64,000 bases of DNA from Bugula neritina (taxonomy: Eukaryota > Animalia > Bryozoa). Both the position numbers and the translations under genes were made by a program. The notes below the pieces were generated by a model. The model was not told where the DNA came from, made no database searches, and worked only from the letters and a program-made list of their open reading frames with translations. Of this stretch, positions 59,701 to 64,000 are shown one piece after another (positions within the stretch are counted from its first letter, which is position 1; the number at the start of each line of letters is the position of its first letter). The stretch covers positions 15,347,289 to 15,411,288 of the forward strand of contig OZ037771.1 of NCBI GenBank assembly GCA_964035545.1, read 5' to 3'.

Positions 59701-61219
59701 CAGCAGGAAAACTCGGAGACAGTTTCCGCTACTTTTTCGCTGACTAACAACTCTGTCACTGAAGCTATGTGGAATCACAAGTTTACACTATGCTATAAGG
59801 TCACCCTGAGTACCAACTCATTGCAATGCACGCTTGATGTCAACAACACAGGTGGGTACTACTTGCTTCTCTAATTGAAATTTGTCGCGCTAAGATTTCT
59901 TCAACAAGTTTATTCACTATGACAGGAGATTTTTAATTTTAGGTGACACTGTGTTTGATTTCACAACTTTGCTGCATACATATATAAAGGTCAATGACAT
60001 ACACTCGGCTGCTGTGACTAATTTACATGATATGCAGTACATTGATAAGGTTGGTGTTACAAGGTGCCATATTACGTTAGTGTCCCTCAGCAAGTCATTG
60101 TTGATTAGTAAGGACAGTTTAAGTAGCTAGAAAGGACAGTTCAAGTAGCTAGAAAGGACAGTTCAAGTAGCTAGTAAGGACAGTTCAAGTAGCTAGTAAG
60201 GACAGTTCAAGTAGCTAGTAAGGACAGTTCAAGTAGCTAGTAAGGACAGTTCAAGTAGCTAGTAAGGACAGTTCAAGTAGCTAGTAAGGACAGTTCAAGT
60301 AGCTAGTAAGGACAGTTCAAGTAGCTAGTAAGGACAGTTCAAGTAGCTAGTAAGGACAGTTCAAGTAGCTAGTAAGGACAGTTCAAGTAGCTAGTAAGGA
60401 CAGTTCAAGTAGCTAGTAAGGACAGTTCAAGTAGTTAGTAAGAACAGTTCAAGTAGCTAGTAAGGACAGTTCAAGTAGCTAGTAAGGACAGTTCAAGTGA
60501 CTAGTAATTAAGTGTGTTATTGAGTAAACAAATTAAGTTTGAAATAAACTCCAGTATCTTCAAACAAGATGTCAAACTAATTTAATAATATTGGTGATAG
60601 TTGGTTATCCAAGATTTGTATTGTATTCAGGGTTTGGGGGGTCGGGAGAGCCCGCATTTCTGACCACAGTTTTATTTCTGTGGTTGTAGCTAAAAGGAGG
60701 AGCAGAATTTAGAGAGAAGAGGCAGTTGGTGGATGCAGTGAATGGAGCTGACAGGTGTGTGGCATGTGCTTGTATTGTGTTGACACTATGACACCAGTAT
60801 CATGTTTCTAGTTTAAACTATGACACCATGTCTATGCTGTAGTGTGTACATAAATACTGGAGACATGCATGTGGTATCAGGATGTGAGGACAACTCTCGC
60901 ATATCAATCTCCAAAGTCAACCTTCCAGACACAGGTAAGTGTAACTTGTCAATCCTGGTTCACTCCAACCAACCGTCATCTCTTCCCTTACATAATCATA
61001 TCCTATAAGAACTGCCAGTCAAGCAGAGTTTGTAATACAATACTTTCAGTTATTTGGAACCCCTGGGCAGAGAGCGCAGCCAAAATGGCCGACTTTGGTG
61101 ATGAGGAGTACCAGAATATGATCTGCGTGGAACCCGGCGCCGTGAGCGACCGGGTGGTGCTGCAACCCGGGGATTCTAAACACTTCGGGCAGGACCTCCA
61201 GGTTGTGTCTCTTCAATGA
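56783..61219 (+). CDS. Glucose-6-phosphate 1-epimerase (D-hexose-6-phosphate mutarotase, aldose 1-epimerase family), 8 exons, ~274 aa
   Basis: Exons 56783-56892, 57239-57297, 57435-57511, 59707-59851 (NAGNAG acceptor), 59943-60049, 60690-60754, 60843-60934 and 61050-61219. Motifs: GATVTSW, KAIRGGIPVVFPNFG, QHGFAR, FTTLLHTY, DTVIWNPW, MADFGDEEY, MICVEPG. Confidence 0.92.
58221..58294 (+). other. tRNA-like Pol III module 1 (mirror copy ~59096-59170, minus)
   Basis: A box TGGTGCTAGTGG; D-arm GTGC/GCAT; T-arm GTGGG-TTCAAGC-CCTAC (B box); followed by TTTT. Acceptor stem is poor. Confidence 0.55.
58368..58432 (+). other. tRNA-like Pol III module 2 (mirror copy ~58957-59022, minus)
   Basis: AGATGGTGCTGGTGGTAGAGCATTGGT...ATGGGTTCAACCCTG; clearly related to module 1. 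Confidence 0.5.
58522..58606 (+). pseudogene. tRNA-Ala(UGC)-derived module 3 with A-rich tail (mirror copy ~58782-58868, minus)
   Basis: GGGGA...GGTAGAGGTAGCGCTCTC(A/G)CTTTGCATG...CCGGTTCGAT(T/C)CCCTGGCATTC resembles eukaryotic tRNA-Ala(TGC) in the anticodon loop and T-arm. The cloverleaf is imperfect. Confidence 0.55.
60108..60500. repeat. Intronic minisatellite (22-bp unit aaggacagttcaagtagctagt)
   Basis: Highly homogeneous tandem array. Confidence 0.92.
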
Positions 61220-61838
61220 AGACGTATCTCATGTAACAATTCCACGGATATCAGCAGCCCGGCTTCATATAATATTATCATTTATTTTTATACTAACAAT
61301 TGAACGAATAAATATAAATATGTGACGTAGTTTCACTTTTTTTAAAAATAAATACATTTATCACAGTAATGCTGTTGATAGAATATTCTTTGTAAAGAGA
61401 TGCACAAAATATACATGAAGTATAAATACACCATAAAAACAATACAATAAATATTCTCATTATATGAAATCTATAAAATAAAGTAAGTTTCTACCACAAA
61501 AGGTTGGAGCCAACGAACCAGCCGCATGTGGGACACAGGCTAGTCTGATATATAATATATAGGATCTAATGGAAGTGTCAAGTAAGGATAACTTCCACTT
61601 GACAATAGTAGAGAATGGACGGAGTATTTAACTAACAAAACATATAAATACTACTTACACTAAAAACTAACAATAAAATAGAGAATTTGCCAGTTGCAGG
61701 TAAAGCTGTATGAACTACGTACTTCTGCAACACTGCGGTTGGCATGGCTAAAGCCCGAAATACAATTATAGTTAATGCCATCGTACATACTGTATAATAT
61801 GATGTAATCAACACCACCGTGCTAATTCCGTCTGCACT

Positions 61839-63978
61839 GTCATGGTGAACACATCTGGGAGTTATGCTCCCACATCCTCTGCCGAGTAGAAATCAAAAGG
61901 ATTATTCTTGTTGACTTTGAGTTGAGGGGGAGCTGGCTGCGGGCAAGTTGCCAAGTCGTAGCATCTCAGCATCTGGTACTCACTGGGACCTCCGCGGTCA
62001 GTCACTGTGTGTCTCAGCTTCTCGTGGCGCAACCTGGTAGAGAGAATATAACTCCAACTGAGGTGAAATAATGCTCAACACATGTATAATAAAGTGACAT
62101 GTATAGTAAAGTGACATGTACAGTAAAGTGACATGTGCAGTAAAGTGCCATGTATAGTAAAGTGACATGTACAGTATAGTGACATGTATAGTAAAGTGAC
62201 ATGTATAGTAAAGTGACATGTGCAGTAAAGTGACATGTGCAGTAAAGTGACATGTATAGTAAAGTGACAAGTATAGTAAAGTGACACATGCACAGTAAAG
62301 TGACATGTATAGTAAAGTGACATGTATAGTAAAGTGACATGTACAGTAAAGTGACATGTACAGTAAAGTGACATGTACAGTAAAGTGACATGTATAGTAA
62401 AGTGACATGTACAGTAAAGTGACATGTATAGTAAAGTGACATGTATAGTAAAGTGACATGTGCAGTAAAGTGACATGTATAGTAAAGTGACAAGTATAGT
62501 AAAGTGACACATGCACAGTAAAGTGACATGTATAGTAAAGTGACATGTATAGTAAAGTGACATGTACAGTAAAGTGACATGTACAGTAAAGTGACATGTG
62601 CAGTAAAGTGACATGTACAGTAAAGTGACATGTGCAGTAAAGTGACATGTATAGTAAAGTGACATGTATAGTAAAGTGACATGTACAGTAAAGTGACATG
62701 TACAGTAAAGTGACATGTGCAGTAAAGTGACATGTGCAGTAAAGTGACATGTATAGTAAAGTGACAAATGTACAACAGGTCATGTCCACATGAAATAGCA
62801 ACTTGATCACTCAAATAATATCCACAACAAATGATATACATGCAGTGAACTAATGATTTGGAGATGAGATAAACTTAACGAAGGTCTACACAGTTTGTCC
62901 ACAATTACAGCATCACCCATACGATTGATGTTTGCACACTTGAGTGAGAAATAGAACTGCCAAGTACAGACAGACAGAAGTGAAACAGGATATTATAGAG
63001 AGTTGTAAATATCATGTTGAAGGTTCCACGTAGGTTCATTGCTACACAACGAAGGTACACTAAGACTGGAAATTTAAAAAAAGAGTAATAGAAAATGTTA
63101 GAAAGTGAAGTTATACTTGTACATTAAATGAAAGTTTTAGAATTATATTATATCATCCTCATTTGTGGGATATTGTAAGACGAGGGAAAAAATCAACAGA
63201 AACACCACGTAAACCATAAGATCAAAGGGTAAGGTCAAAGAAATACCATGGCAACAGCTTGATATGTAGATACAAACTTTCAGTAGAGATTTTTATATAT
63301 ACTACTAGTAAAGAGTTTAGTTGAGTCGCACCACCATGTTCTCGGCAAACAATAGCAGTCAAATGATAGACAGGGTGATGGTGTTACCGCTAAGAGCGAG
63401 TGTGACTGAGCAGAATAGAGCTCAAGTGGGTGTGAACTACGAGTTGTTGTCGACGAATGGTTGAAAGTAAACAGTGAGAAAATACTAGGAGGTGAAAAAC
63501 TCAGATTGAGTGAAAACAACGGAAAGATAAACTGACAGAAAGAAAAGATGGAAGGAAAGAGTTACCTGATACCGCCATGTCTTGGGTCGTACGCACTCGT
63601 TGCTCTCACACTACTAAACACATATATTACAGAGTGTAGAGTTATCCTCTCAATATAGAGAGATATCACAGTACAGTGAGTATGCTCAACACTACCTAGA
63701 TGTAAACTCAGCCAACTTCCAGCAAACTTAAACTTCAGTGTATTCTCATAATATTCTGTTATGTGACAATCAGCAATACTAAACTAGCGGCAGAGTGTAA
63801 CAGACAGAAGGTGTAACCAGTCAATGCTATGCCTACATTGCAACAGGCGTACCTTTTACCAACTTTACGAGGAGCGGAGAAAGTTTTCTCTCGCAGCTGC
63901 TGGGCGATTGTGTCATCATCAACGTGAAACGTCTGTCTGGCGAGATTGAGTCGTGCCTGAACCTCTCTCTGGTACTCC
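61839..63978 (-). CDS. 3' exons of an unidentified gene entering from beyond the window
   Basis: Phase-consistent exons ~63978-63853 (EYQREVQARLNLARQTFHVDDDTIAQQLREKTFSAPRKVGK) and ~63610-63566 (SVRATSAYDPRHGGI). The terminal exon is uncertain (acceptors near 63533 and 62033). Confidence 0.4.
62090..62775. repeat. Minisatellite (17-bp unit agtaaagtgacatgtat/c)
   Basis: Long tandem array. Explains three overlapping repeat ORFs at 61998-62841. Confidence 0.93.
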
Positions 63979-64000
63979 TGAATATAATACAGTATTATAC

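Noticed and set aside
61862-62033. Selenoprotein-like readthrough of two in-frame TGA codons (…HSD*PRRSQ*VPDAEM…NPF…)
   Set aside because: The upstream exon phase favours a different, open frame. There is no Sec-typical context and no SECIS that I can identify.
61998-62841. Three long overlapping ORFs (230-275 aa) with Cys/His repeats resembling zinc fingers
   Set aside because: They are translations of a 17-bp minisatellite that is open in all three frames; not a real protein.

Overview
AT-rich, intron-rich eukaryotic DNA from an invertebrate animal. The minisatellite-filled introns resemble lophotrochozoan genomes such as bryozoans, but that assignment is only a guess. Spliced genes reconstructed by hand: a small orphan membrane protein (+), PTGR3/ZADH2 with a PTS1 (-), an 11-exon cAMP-receptor/GCR1-like GPCR (+), a divergent Ran-binding-domain protein with a protamine-like Ser/Arg/Lys tail (-), two tandem CAAX-terminated Ras-fold proteins lacking the G1/G3/G4 motifs (+), ARHGEF17 (+), single-exon B4GAT1 (+), glucose-6-phosphate 1-epimerase (+) and the 3' end of an unidentified gene (-). 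Mobile DNA includes a decayed Tc1, a TTAA-flanked Kolobok-like element, a small MITE-like insert and a LINE 3' end. Main highlights: (1) a (TA)n-embedded cluster at 30.1-30.8 kb with hammerhead ribozyme motifs, including a perfect 196-bp palindrome carrying one complete minimal type I hammerhead on each strand; (2) a ~2-kb foldback element in an intron whose arms each carry three tandem tRNA-like Pol III modules; (3) a pair of putative pseudo-GTPases directly upstream of a RhoGEF with an atypical DH catalytic region. All calls are by eye; no searches were run.
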